From NCBI GenBank assembly GCA_030141605.1, contig JAQGDQ010000115.1, forward strand, positions 1-64,000: a stretch of DNA of 64,000 bases, in the 5' to 3' direction. Made by a program: the position numbers and the translations under genes. The first letter of the stretch is position 1, and the number at the start of each line of letters is the position of its first letter. The notes under the pieces are model-generated. The model saw only the letters and a program-made list of their open reading frames with translations. It was not told where the DNA came from and searched no databases. Of this stretch, positions 12,363-23,252 are shown piece after piece. Source of the DNA: Tubiluchus corallicola. Its lineage: Eukaryota; Animalia; Priapulida.

Positions 12363-13003
12363 CATTCATTCACTAATTCATTCGTTCATTCATTCATTCA
12401 TTCATTCATTCATTCATTCATTCATTCATTCATTCATTCATTCATTCATTCATTCATTCATTCATTCATTCATTCATTCATTCATTCATTCATTCATTCA
12501 TTCATTCAATCATCCATTCATTCGTTCATTCATTCGTTCATTCGTTCATTCATTCATTCATTCATTCATTCATTCATTCATTCATTCATTCATTCATTCA
12601 TTCATTCATTCATTCATTCATTCATTCATTCATTCATTCATTCATTCAATCATCCATTTGTTCGTTTGTTCGTTCGTTCGTTCGTTCGTTCGTTCGTTCG
12701 TTCGTTCGTTCGTTCGTTCGTTCGTTCGTTCGTTCGTTCGTTCGTTCGTTCGTTCGTTCGTTCGTTCTTTCTTTCGTTCGTTCGTTCTTTCTTTCGTTCG
12801 TTCGTTCGTTCGTTCGTTCGTTCGTTCGTTCGTTCGTTCGTTCGTTCGTTCGTTCGTTCGTTCGTTCGTTCGTTCGTTCGTTCGTTCGTTCGTTCGTTCG
12901 TTCGTTCGTTCATTCATTCATTCATTGATTCATTCATTCATTCATTCATTCATTCATTAATTCATTCATTAATTCATTCATTCAGTTAGTACTCATTCAT
13001 TCA
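12363..13003. repeat. Compound microsatellite (TTCA)n/(TTCG)n
   Basis: Seen directly. Confidence 0.97.
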
Positions 13004-13252
13004 TGACGTTACAGAAAATTTTGCCACGGCAGAAGTTTCTTGCATGAACTCAATGCACCCAACTCAGGACCCCCTCCATAAACAGTTTTCTCCATTCCAG
13101 ACTTTTGGCAAATAGTGCATAACGCAGTTTAGTGTTCATGTGCGAATATTACCCCCCCCCCCCCCCGCACACGCAGGTGTCATTCCAAGCTTAGTAGCCA
13201 TCAAAAAGATCAGATTCCCATCTTGTTGTCACGTTCCCCCTGTCCGACGAAT

Positions 13253-14245
13253 CAACTGACTGATTCACTGACTGTTTCACTGCATAAGAAACAGTACAAA
13301 CAAGCCCCGGCACGCAAAAACTAAAACCGATAAACTATCATAAACTGACTGACCGACCAACCAACTGACTGATTCACTGACTGTTTCACTGCATAAGAAA
13401 CAGTACAAACAAGCCCCGGCACGCAAAAACTAAAACCGATAAACTATCATAAACTGACTGACCGACCAACCAACTGACTGATTCACTGACTGTTTCACTG
13501 CATAAGAAACAGTACAAACAAGCCCCGACACGCAAAAACTAAAACTGATAAACTATCATAAACTGACTAACTGACCAACCAACTGACTGATTCACTGACT
13601 GCTTCACTGCATAAGAAACAGTACAAACAAGCCCCGACACGCAAAAACTAAAACTGATAAACTATCATAAACTGACTAACTGACCAACCAACTGACTGAT
13701 TCACTGACTGCTTCACTGCATAAGAAACAGTACAAACAAGCCCCGGCACTCAAAAACTAAAACCGATAAACTATCATAAACTGACTGACCGACCAACCAA
13801 CTGACTGATTCACTGACTGTTTCACTGCATAAGAAACAGTACAAACAAGCCCCGACACGCAAAAACTAAAACTGATAAACTATCATAAACTGACTAACTG
13901 ACCAACCAACTGACTGATTCACTGACTGCTTCACTGCATAAGAAACAGTACAAACAAGCCCCGACACCCAAAAACTAAAACTGATAAACTATCATAAACT
14001 GACTAACTGACCAACCAACTGACTGATTCACTGACTGCTTCACTGCATAAGAAACAGTACAAACAAGCCCCGACACGCAAAAACTAAAATTACTACTGAC
14101 TGACCGACCTACTAACTGACTGATTCACTACTGTTGCACTGCACAAGATACAGTACAAACAAGCACCGACACGCAAAAACGAAAACTGATAAACTATCAT
14201 AAACTGACTGACCGACCGAACGACTGACTGAATGACCGACCGACT
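13253..14245. repeat. Tandem repeat, 109 bp x ~9
   Basis: CAACTGACTGATTCACTGACTG recurs at 13253, 13362 and onward. Confidence 0.95.
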
Positions 14246-14347
14246 GAGTCTTAAAAAAATTCGTGTGAAACATTTTCATGATTCGTTGTTCTTAAATGCG
14301 TTTCAGTAAGCAAACTTGTGCTGACTTTCTCGCTGCATTATTAACCT

Positions 14348-14522
14348 GCGACGTAATTAACAAAGCGACCCTCGTTAGCACCAATATGTCAAAAAGGTAA
14401 AGTATGTAGTTCCACTTTAACCTTCTGACCAAATGAGGTGATCATCTGAAATCATTTAGCAGGTGAGAAAGTTCGTGGAGCACTTTCCGTTTGGCTCTTA
14501 GGACATTGTTACTGCAAACAAG
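14348..14522 (+). promoter_or_regulatory. Candidate promoter / non-coding first exon B of gene 2
   Basis: Paralogue of 11822-12012; ends ACAAG|GTACGT. A matching acceptor lies at 15550, upstream of ATG 15570. Confidence 0.4.
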
Positions 14523-15144
14523 GTACGTAAAAACTTTTTTTCACTGTTATTTTTAGTTTTATTTTTAGTATTGATGATTCGCATCCTGAAATGGTTAAAA
14601 TTTATTTTAATAATGGTTAAAATTTTCGATAATCGTAATTTAATCACAGCTAATAATATTATTTACGTACCAGTTTATAAATATTTTCAAATATTGCTTC
14701 TTATTACATGTAAATTATGTATTATATTGTAATTATGATGGTCTTGCATAAGTAGTAGCCTAAGCTGTTTTACATTCCTCAATAATCTAAGCAATTTGTC
14801 TTTTAAAGCAAAGTTTTTGCTGAATTCTTGTATAAATTCTTTGAAAATTGTAATTTCATTTCTAAAACTGTTATGTTCTGGAACTGTGAAAAAGGAATAA
14901 ATTTTGTAATTTAACACAATATAATGCAATATAATTGTAATATTTAGCTATTGTAAGTACTGTTTATTATTATTATTGTTATTATTGTTATTATTATAAT
15001 TATTACTATTATTATTATGTTTTGTATGATGATTATACCCCATGTGCGATGTTCTGTGTGTGTAGTTTTCTCTTTGATCCATGTAATATATTGCATTGCT
15101 TTTGTAATGTATTGTAATGAATTGATTGCACAGTAAGCATTTGA

Positions 15145-15495
15145 ACAGTTCCAGCGATTAATGATGATCGTGAAAAGGTCAAAGGTTAAGTGTACCAGAC
15201 AACGCATTTGTGTATACTTGACATCGCCTCGCAGCCCATGCTATTGTAATAGTAACAATAGTTTTAACAGTTAGCTAGAACCTTACCTAGTTCATTTTTT
15301 CTTGTCCCCCAGCAAGATCCTGCTAGTAAATCCCTCTACGCATAGACTAGTGCTTAATTATGTAAAGTCCACGTAAAACAACTAAATTTACTAAACCGAT
15401 GCGGCAGTCAGCTTTGCTTTACTCACGTGTCACGTGATGCTTGTAGTTAGGACCTTTGACCTACAGCAATTACAGTGAAACTGTGAAAAGGTTTT
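15145..15495 (-). mobile_element. Dispersed MITE-like element; family also at 48410-48620, 51105-51490 and 54130-54515
   Basis: Shares TTAACCTTTGACCTTTTCACGAT and CTAGCAGGATCTTG..AAGAAAAAATGAACTAGGTAAGG with the other copies. Confidence 0.7.
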
Positions 15496-15569
15496 TTGTA
15501 CTGTGCTGGATCGTCAATAAATTTATACAGTTCTGCACAATTTCTTGCAGTAAAGCTGCGTCTCGAGAA

Positions 15570-15663
15570 ATGATGATGGCCACTGAAAGAAGACTCGCTC
15601 TGTTTGGCTTTTTAGCGATTGCGTGTGTTTGTTCCGAAAGTTGTACCGTTTGTGATAACGGAG
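15570..15663 (+). CDS. Gene 2 coding exon 1: signal peptide + CxxC
   Basis: Acceptor TTTCTTGCAG 15550; MMMATERRLALFGFLAIACVCSESCTVCDNG; donor G|GTATAT, phase 1. Confidence 0.75.
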
Positions 15664-16294
15664 GTATATTTATGTCTATTAATACAATACACTATTTTCT
15701 GTGTTCAGAGAGGAACTAATGCTGAATGTTATTTACAACTATCACTCGTTTACATCACCAAGTATTAAAATTTCTCAAGGTTCATTTTAAAGAGCTTTAA
15801 GAATAAGAATTTTCTGAGATTCTTTTACTCGTTACACTCTCATTTCAATACTAGGTGAGTTACACGAGTAACAGTGTAAATAAGTTGGCTTCTTTAACAC
15901 AAAATGCCGTATACGCGTTATTTATTGTGATTCATGGCAGCTCTTGCCTAAATGATAATTCTTATATGTATCAATATTTGAATTTTCGAACTTTTTAGAT
16001 TGCATGCTATAGTGATCTGAAGAGGAGAACGAGTGTGCTCTCAAAACGTCGTTAGTACACTGAAAAATTGTTTACTACAGTAAATTCTTCGTAAAAAATG
16101 GTTTTAGCAATATTTGGGAATCTGTCACTTTTTGCATGTGCATTTTCAGCATATAAAAAGTACTTATAACGCTAGTTTTTATATGTAGCCTTACTACACT
16201 AAATAATTTTATTTTATTTGTGTAATATCTGTGTGTCAGTAGTCGTGACATTCATTGCTCATTTGTTTTCATGTTTTATTTTGTATCTATACAG

Positions 16295-16408
16295 ATGACT
16301 GTACCCCGAACCCTTGTAAAAATGGTGGATCATGTACCGATTCAGATGGGTTGGAAAATGGCGTATTTACTTGTACCTGTAGATCTGGATATACCGGTAC
16401 ACTTTGTG
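16295..16408 (+). CDS. Gene 2 exon 2: EGF-like domain
   Basis: DDCTPNPCKNGGSCTDSDGLENGVFTCTCRSGYTGTLC has six EGF cysteines; 114-nt symmetric phase 1-1 exon, AG/GTAAGA. Confidence 0.9.
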
Positions 16409-16440
16409 GTAAGACGATAAAATCATGCTTTATTCATTTC

Positions 16441-16860
16441 TATACAGGATCGTTCAGAAAAATGCCGTCTCCAATCTAACTGGTAAAACTTCATGCTGAT
16501 AGAGACATTTGTAAAAGAGGCCCGTATCACTGTGTAGCTGGGTTCTCCTCTTTCCAGAAAAGCTATAAATTTCTTTCAAAGAACACCACCCTTGCCACCA
16601 CGAGCATTTTCGAAGTTTTTCTCCCGCCATTCCTAGAAGAACACCGCGTACAATAAACGTCTTAGCGGCGCTTGGTGGTGGTTGTGGTAGTGGGGTGCGG
16701 GTGTGGTGTGGTGCCGGGGCGGTGGTGTCTTTGACGGAAAACGTATAGCTCTTTGAAAAGAAGAGAAATCAGCTACACGATGGCGGGGATTTCATTTGCA
16801 AATGCTCCTACCAAGAGGAAGGGCTACGAATTCGTTTAGGAGAACACTGTTCTGGGCGAA
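16441..16860. mobile_element. MITE with imperfect long inverted arms (related to 28695-29089)
   Basis: ~16507-16590 pairs with ~16721-16808. The start TACAGGATCGTTCAGAAAA also occurs at ~28388. Confidence 0.5.
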
Positions 16861-18129
16861 ATTGTGTTATTGGCTCTGAGCAAAAACGTTTCCTGTTTTA
16901 AATTAATTTGTTGTGCCATTATTTGATGACAATGACTAAACCACTTGGGTGTAAATAAGAGAATGGTAATCCTAGCTTGTTAGACGCAAGGAGCAAGAAA
17001 TAATACACGATGCGTTACCCGTAAGGCGTCTTCCATCTTCCATAAGGCCTAATTCTCGGTATGGTCATTGCTCTGTGTGTAAATAGTAATACGTTTTTGC
17101 TATGATCTTTTTCGGCAGGATGCGTGAATCAATAATTTCTTACCGTGATTTGTTACTTTACCTGATTTAAAATGAACCAACCATCGGATCCGGTTGGTTT
17201 ATCTTGTATAATTGCAAATTTTATTCATACACTATCTACGTAAATTTTGCTCATTACAGAATGACATATTTCGTAAAAAATGTTTCATTTTGTAAACCAT
17301 AATAATCTGGCTGTATCATGAACATAATAATTTCGATAGTATCGCGACTACCTTGTCATTACACTTGGTGATCAGATGGTTGGAATCCCAGAAGTACTTC
17401 CATGGACTGCTCGATGCAACACCTCGTAGAGATTGTCTCAGTGCCTCGGAAGTAACTCGTGTTGAACTCTTTCGTTTCAAGGCCTGTTTTGCTGAGTTCG
17501 TGATTTTTGGGACAAACTACGTATTGGACTGAGCTTCAGCGTTTACATCTCCACTGACGTGATTTCTGTTTAAAGACATACTGCTCTGTTTTTATTTGGA
17601 ACAGCCTCGATAGATGGTGCTACACCGCATTCTCAAAGTGGATCATGTGAACTGTTTTGACATTTTACGTACTTGTAGGCTCTAAATTTATTTCTTCTTG
17701 AAATTGCACTTCTATGATTATTTTTGATGTGTTATTGTTTATAAGCTCATAACTGACATTTCAAAGTGCTGTTGTGTCCATGATTGTGTGATTTGACACT
17801 TTTGTGTTTTGATTAAAACGTGCTTATCAAGTCCAGTTACAGTACAGCGGCTTTGACACCAAAACGCAAAGAAAAACGCGTTTTCGAAAGCAGAATCACT
17901 CGTGCTTTCCGAATGCTAGCGTTGTTTTTCTAAAGACTATCATTTTTACAGAAAGCGGAATTAGAAAAATGAAGATAGTCGGTTTTATACCAATCATATT
18001 TCGAGGAAAACGACACTTCTTTACCCAAAAAAACGCGAGTTTCTCACAAAAAGACGTATCCATTTTGTTCAGTCTAAGTGCGAGAAAAAACGACATCGTT
18101 TCGCACAAAAGGCACACGTTGTTAGGTAG

Positions 18130-18496
18130 TGGTTGGTTGGTTGGCATCCTTCTGTCTCGGAAGACAATGGAGTGTGCGCCAAGAGAGTCAGTTATTGATC
18201 ACATTGATGGAGCTGCAGCGTCGACTGTGGCTGAGCAGTGCGATCCTTGAACGTCTCCAGGGCGCACGCCTGGGCAAAGTGTATGGAGATCCTGAGTTGC
18301 CCAGACAACGGGAAACCCCCCTCTCTTCCTCGCTGGTGTAGTCCAAAGGAAAGCGGAGCGAGGCAGCAGGTTGGCTGCAGGAGCTGCCGGAGTCAGTGAG
18401 CATGCTGCACTGGTCCGCCCTCGGGGCTCCACTCCTGATTTGGAAGGTTTACTGCTCTACACATGGCCTTTGGGTCACTTGACCTCCTCCGCCCTC
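18130..18496 (-). mobile_element. Bipartite non-autonomous RTE-derived retroelement (copy 1)
   Basis: The minus strand ends with SRIALLSHSRRCS, then TCCATTGTCTTCCGAGACAGAAGGATGC and a (CAAC)n tail. Second copy at 52600-52964. Confidence 0.7.
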
Positions 18497-19047
18497 TAGC
18501 CGTTGGCTGCTTGTGCAGCTCCACCACCTAGTGTCGAGATACAGTGTAGGTAGTGGATGGGAATAGTAAATATGGGTGGAGTTTTGAATATCACGAGTAC
18601 AGTTCTTCTAGCGTATACGTGAAATTGACAGGTAAATACTCCGCTATACGGAATACTGATATTGTTGGATCATTCTAAAAACGTATAGCTGAAAAGTTTC
18701 CTTTGTCCATAACATCCTGTTTTATCCCAGTTAAATGGACCTTGTTCGTGAGGAAACAGCGTTGAAAATTGTACAGTAAGATTAAGATATTCTTTTAAAC
18801 AAAATTATTCCTGCTTAGACTGTAATTGTCAGTGGTGTTACTCGTCCAAATTCTTAGTTGTCAGTTTTATTTAAATTAAAAGTCACTTTTATTGTGTTTT
18901 GCTTTGAGTTTGAATCACTTGCTCCACAGCGTTCTACTTGCTAACCAATCTGTCTGTTAATTCCCAATCCCATCTGATTATATATGTGCTAAATCTCAAG
19001 ATCTCAACCGTTGAAATTACTTGACTTGTTGCATTGCATTTTTACAG

Positions 19048-19101
19048 GATGTCCAATCTGCAGAACCGTCGAAGGACCACCTGGACCGCCAGGACCACCG
19101 G
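19048..19101 (+). CDS. Gene 2 exon 3: CPIC + (GPP)3 mini-collagen, 54 nt
   Basis: Acceptor TTTTTACAG; GCPICRTVEGPPGPPGPP; donor G|GTGTGT; phase 1-1. Not present in the ORF track. Confidence 0.8.
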
Positions 19102-19359
19102 GTGTGTAATTTTTTTGCTGTTGCTGCTTGCATTGTTGACTTGTTGTTACCTTTGTTACAGTCCAGTATATGTCAACCTATGTACTAAGAAAGATTTGTA
19201 AAATCTCAGTGAACTCAGCATAATTCAAACTGTTCAGAAAAGGTCATATGTGCCAATCTCAAGAGAAACTCTTCAACTCCCATCTTGTTGGCGAGCGGGA
19301 GTTGACGATGAAAATCATAATAAGCAAAGTCGTCAATGAAATGCGAGCAAAGTCGTCAA

Positions 19360-19850
19360 TGAAATGGATACAAAACACCAGTTTAACGTGTTGACCTAAA
19401 GTCTCTTTACTCTGAAAGACAATCATTAACATTTAGTTTAACTTGCATTGAATAGAAGAAAATTAGTTGCATGATTAAATGTATTGCTAACTTACGTTGT
19501 TAGAGCCTTTAACAGTTACGAAGACAGGAATGAGCCTCTTAAGTAGCCTTAAGAACAACAATGTCACAACAATAAATTCGTAAGAAATTTACAGTCATAA
19601 TGCTCATCACAGACAGAAAAATAGAGCAATGGCGGAGAGAACCAAAAGACGGGTAAAATGTCATACAACTACTACAGCTATAGCTCACGAAAGGCCAAAA
19701 TGCTAATGTATTCAAGGATATTAGGTGCTTCAATTTTAAGAGTGATTACTGTAAAAGGTAAAAAGCCTACTAAATAAACAAACAGGTGGCAGCACCATCG
19801 CAGTAATTGAGAACTAAATAAAAACCAAAAAGGGCCTATGCACCCACTAC
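19360..19850 (+). mobile_element. Dispersed ~500-bp repeat (second copy 62243-62785), unclassified
   Basis: High identity from GAAATGGATACAAAACACCAG to GGGCCTATGC.CCCACTACA. Confidence 0.85.
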
Positions 19851-19952
19851 AGTCAGTATGTGTGGTCGTCGTTTTCCAAAGCTTGTTAAAAAATCAAAAT
19901 TTCAAATTAATTTCTTTTAAGTTAGTTAATACTGTATTTTCCTATTTTACAG

Positions 19953-20647
19953 GCACCATCTTTCTAGTTCATAGAAACCCCGCAAGTAAGTACAGAATCG
20001 ACCATGGTTTTAAATCATATGCACCCAATTACTATGTCGACGAGCGAAATTATGGGAATGGAAGGGACGGTTATGGAGGCGAGAGAGGCTATAGTGGACG
20101 AAGAGACGGTTATGGAGACGAGACAGGCTATGGAGGACGAGGAGACGGTTATGGAGAGGAGAGAGGCTATAGTGGACGAAGAGACGGTTATGGAAAGGAG
20201 AGAGGCTATGACGGTTATGGAGATGAGAGAGGCTATGACGGTTATGGAGAGGAGAGAGGCTATGACGGTTATGGAGAGGAGAGAGGCTATGGAGGACGAA
20301 GAGACGGTTATGGAAAGGAGCGAGGCTATGACGGTTATGGAGAGGAGAGAGGCTATGACGGTTATGGAAAGGAGCGAGGCTATGGCGGTTATGGAGACGA
20401 GAGAGGCTATGGAGGACGAAGAGACGGTTATAGAAAGGAGCGAGGCTATGACGGTCATGGAGACGAGAGAGGCTATGACGGTTATGGAAAAAAGCGAGGC
20501 TATGACGGTTATAGAGACGAGAGAGGCTATGGAGAACGAAGAGACGGTTATGGAGAGGAGAGAGGCTATGCGACTAAAGAAGAGGAGTACAGAGACGATA
20601 GAAGTTATGGGGACCCAAAAGAAGGAAAGAAGACACACGATTGGTGA
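19953..20647 (+). CDS. Gene 2 terminal exon: Gly/Tyr/Arg/Asp/Glu-rich repeat tail
   Basis: Acceptor CCTATTTTACAG in the phase required by exon 3. DGYG[EDK]ERGY repeats use 27- and 39-bp units that keep frame. TGA 20645-20647. Full CDS is 318 aa. Confidence 0.75.
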
Positions 20648-21262
20648 AATGATAATTATTAAGATGGTGGATAGAAAAATAAAACACATTATTTGAGCTG
20701 CGAAAATGAGACAAAATGTGAAAGCAAAAGATGTAATCATATCGTTTGGTAGAAGAGAAATGGTAAATACACTTATGGTGTAAATAATGGAAATAATGAA
20801 TCCGTAATTATTAAAAGAACGAGAAATTATTATTTTTTAAACTCTTTATCCAGGATATAGATAAAAAATGTTGTTCGACTTCACAATTGTGGGTCTTTGA
20901 CCATTTTCAAACGTAATATGCAAGTTTTCTGGGTACTGTGAATGTCTGCAGTTCGAGGTGTTTCATCTGCAGCCCCATAGCACCATTAACACCAACGGGC
21001 CCCAAATGCAAGTCTGCTGAGCAATTAGTCTAATTTCTAATTTCGCAAACAAAACCAACAAATGCAAAACGATGGAATGGCAGAGATGTTGCGCTGGGTT
21101 AAGTCTGGTTCATTACCCAGTTCCCTCCTCCCATTTTCACATTTCAGCTTCCCATTTTCGACGCCAGAGTGAGCAGTGAGCAGAGGGACTAATTGCTAAA
21201 GGTGCAATTAAAATAAAACCAATTATTATCAGTACGCAACTTGTTCGTGTAGATCTAGGAAG

Positions 21263-21632
21263 TGACGATGAAGATGATGGTGATGATGATGACGACGACG
21301 ACGACGATGCTGCTGCTGCTGCTGCTGATGATGATGATGACGACGACGACGATGATGATGATGACGACGACGACGACGACGACGACGATGATGATGATGA
21401 TGACGACGACGACGACGATGATGCTGCTGCTGCTGATGATGATGATGATGATAAACGACGAGAACGACGATGATGACGAAAATCTTTATTATTACACGAC
21501 TAGTACAATGACGTTCTACTTGCAAGCAGATGTGATCTACACACACTTCAACTTTATGCAACTTAGGTATATGAATACATGAAACTTTAAGAATGTATAT
21601 ACAACAAAACAATAGCACTAACAAAAATTAAA
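21263..21632 (-). mobile_element. Retroelement 3'-end fragment with expanded (CAT/CGT/CAG)n tail, copy 1
   Basis: Minus-strand AATAAAGATT followed by a trinucleotide tail; direct duplicate at 22386-22677. Confidence 0.6.
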
Positions 21633-22078
21633 TGTGTAGACCTAGCAAGTTTTCTGATAGTCGTAAATTTTCGATCGTGTGAATGAAACGTTAACCACTT
21701 TCGGAAACAGGTTCTAACAGCGAGTTTCACAGAATCACAGTCGATTAATTTAATTTTCAACGCCTCTCGCATAATACCGTCTTAGATAGTAAAGAATATA
21801 CTGCCTACATCGCATCATCTCAGCAAACGAACTCCATTCACCCGCATCAGACAATTCCTTCATCCCTCAAAGAAAGGAAGAGCAAAAATATACGTGCTCT
21901 ATTGCGCTGCGAGCATCATGGCATTACTACATGCAAACAGTCACTACATTTGATTTAAATTACTTTTCTAAAACTAAGTTGTCAGCATTGCACAATAGTT
22001 AATTGTAAATGTAATTTATGTTTATTTAATACGACGATATCTGTACCGTCTAAAGTCAAGTCATTTTATGCATGCACA

Positions 22079-22321
22079 ATGAACAGCTCGACAAACGTTT
22101 CAGTGTTTCCGGAGTTACCTTACGCCACAGAACCTTTGGTAAGGGCCAATAAATTCACCTTGGTCCTGCTATTAGTTGTGGTCATGCTGGCTGTGGGGTG
22201 CAATATTTACTTGCAAGATTTGTGGGAGGTGTTAAAGCGACCATGGGCGATGATTGTTGGCTTCGTGGGACAGGCGTTTGTCGTGCCGCTGATGTTTTTC
22301 GGATTAGCTCATGCGCTGCAG
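22079..22321 (+). CDS. SLC10A2-like: SLC10/BASS bile acid:sodium symporter family, exon 1
   Basis: N-glycosylation sequons (NSS, NVS); MLAVGC..LWEVLKRPWAMIVGFVGQAFVVPL is the SLC10 TM1-2 motif; donor GTGAGT, phase 0. Confidence 0.9.
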
Positions 22322-22385
22322 GTGAGTAATATACTTTGTTTTTGCCACCTTTTAAGCAATTTTAGACTACCGGGTATCGCTGTCG

Positions 22386-22454
22386 TGACTGACGACGACG
22401 ACGATGACGATGATGATGACGACGACGACGACGACGACGATGATGACGACGACG

Positions 22455-22485
<31 letters not shown>

Positions 22486-22677
22486 TGACGACGACGATGA
22501 TGATGACGACGACGATGACGATGATGATGACGATAAATCTTTATTATTATACGACTAGTACAATGACCTTCTACTTGCAAGCAGATTTGATCTACACATT
22601 TTATGTAACTTATGTGAATACATCAAACTTTATGAATGTACATACAACAAAATAATAGCACTGACAAAAATTAAATA
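22386..22677 (-). mobile_element. Retroelement 3'-end fragment with (CAT/CGT)n tail, copy 2
   Basis: AATCTTTATTATTA.ACGACTAGTACAATGAC..CTACTTGCAAGCAGAT is shared with ~21480-21540. Confidence 0.6.
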
Positions 22678-22943
22678 TAGTTCGACGAATAAAATTATAT
22701 CCCATATTGAATTTTAATTGGTTTAATTTCACAATATATAAGGAAATCAGAAGCTAGTTAAATGATGTTACAGTCATTAATGTTAATATTAGTCACCAAC
22801 GCTATTCAGAATAAATTCATCATTTGCAAAATTAACAAAACCGTTGAACACACAGATCATTTCTGTACAGATAAAAATAATTTATACATCCAGTTAGACA
22901 CTAATCTAATAGTAATTTGAGTTTATTCTGTATCTTTAACTAC

Positions 22944-23252
22944 CTTAGGACATGTAAACAGTAAATGTTTTGGGGTTTGAGCTTCCTCTAAGCTTAGGAC
23001 GTCTAAACAGCAAATGTTCTGGGGTTTGAGCTTCCTCTAAGCTTAAGACATCTAAACAACAAATGTTCTAGGGTTTGAGCTTCCTCTAAGCTTAGGACGT
23101 CTAAACAGCAAATGTTCTAGGGTTTGAGCTTCCTCTAAGCTTAAGACATCTAAACAGCAAATGTTCTAGGGTTTGAGCTTCCTCTAAGTCTAGGACATCT
23201 AAACAGCAAATGTTCTGGGGTTTGAGCTTCCTCTAAGCTTAGGACGTCTAAG
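22944..23252. repeat. Tandem repeat, 49 bp x ~6
   Basis: CTTAGGAC.TCTAAACAGCAAATGTTCT.GGGTTTGAGCTTCCTCTAAG at 22944, 22993 and onward. Confidence 0.92.

Noticed and set aside
12277-12989. HSFI/RSFV/NERT repeat ORFs (also QTDR 34325-35030, MLCYV 47052-47442, HHT 58859-59559)
   Set aside because: Microsatellite or low-complexity translations without splice or domain support.
18320-18345. TCCTCGCTGG resembling the HDV ribozyme L3
   Set aside because: It is on the antisense strand of the element and P3/P1 pairing is absent.
20004-20740. Overlapping REAMTVME (+) and SITVIASL (-) ORFs
   Set aside because: Shadow frames of the stop-poor repeat; only the GY frame is in phase with the upstream exons.
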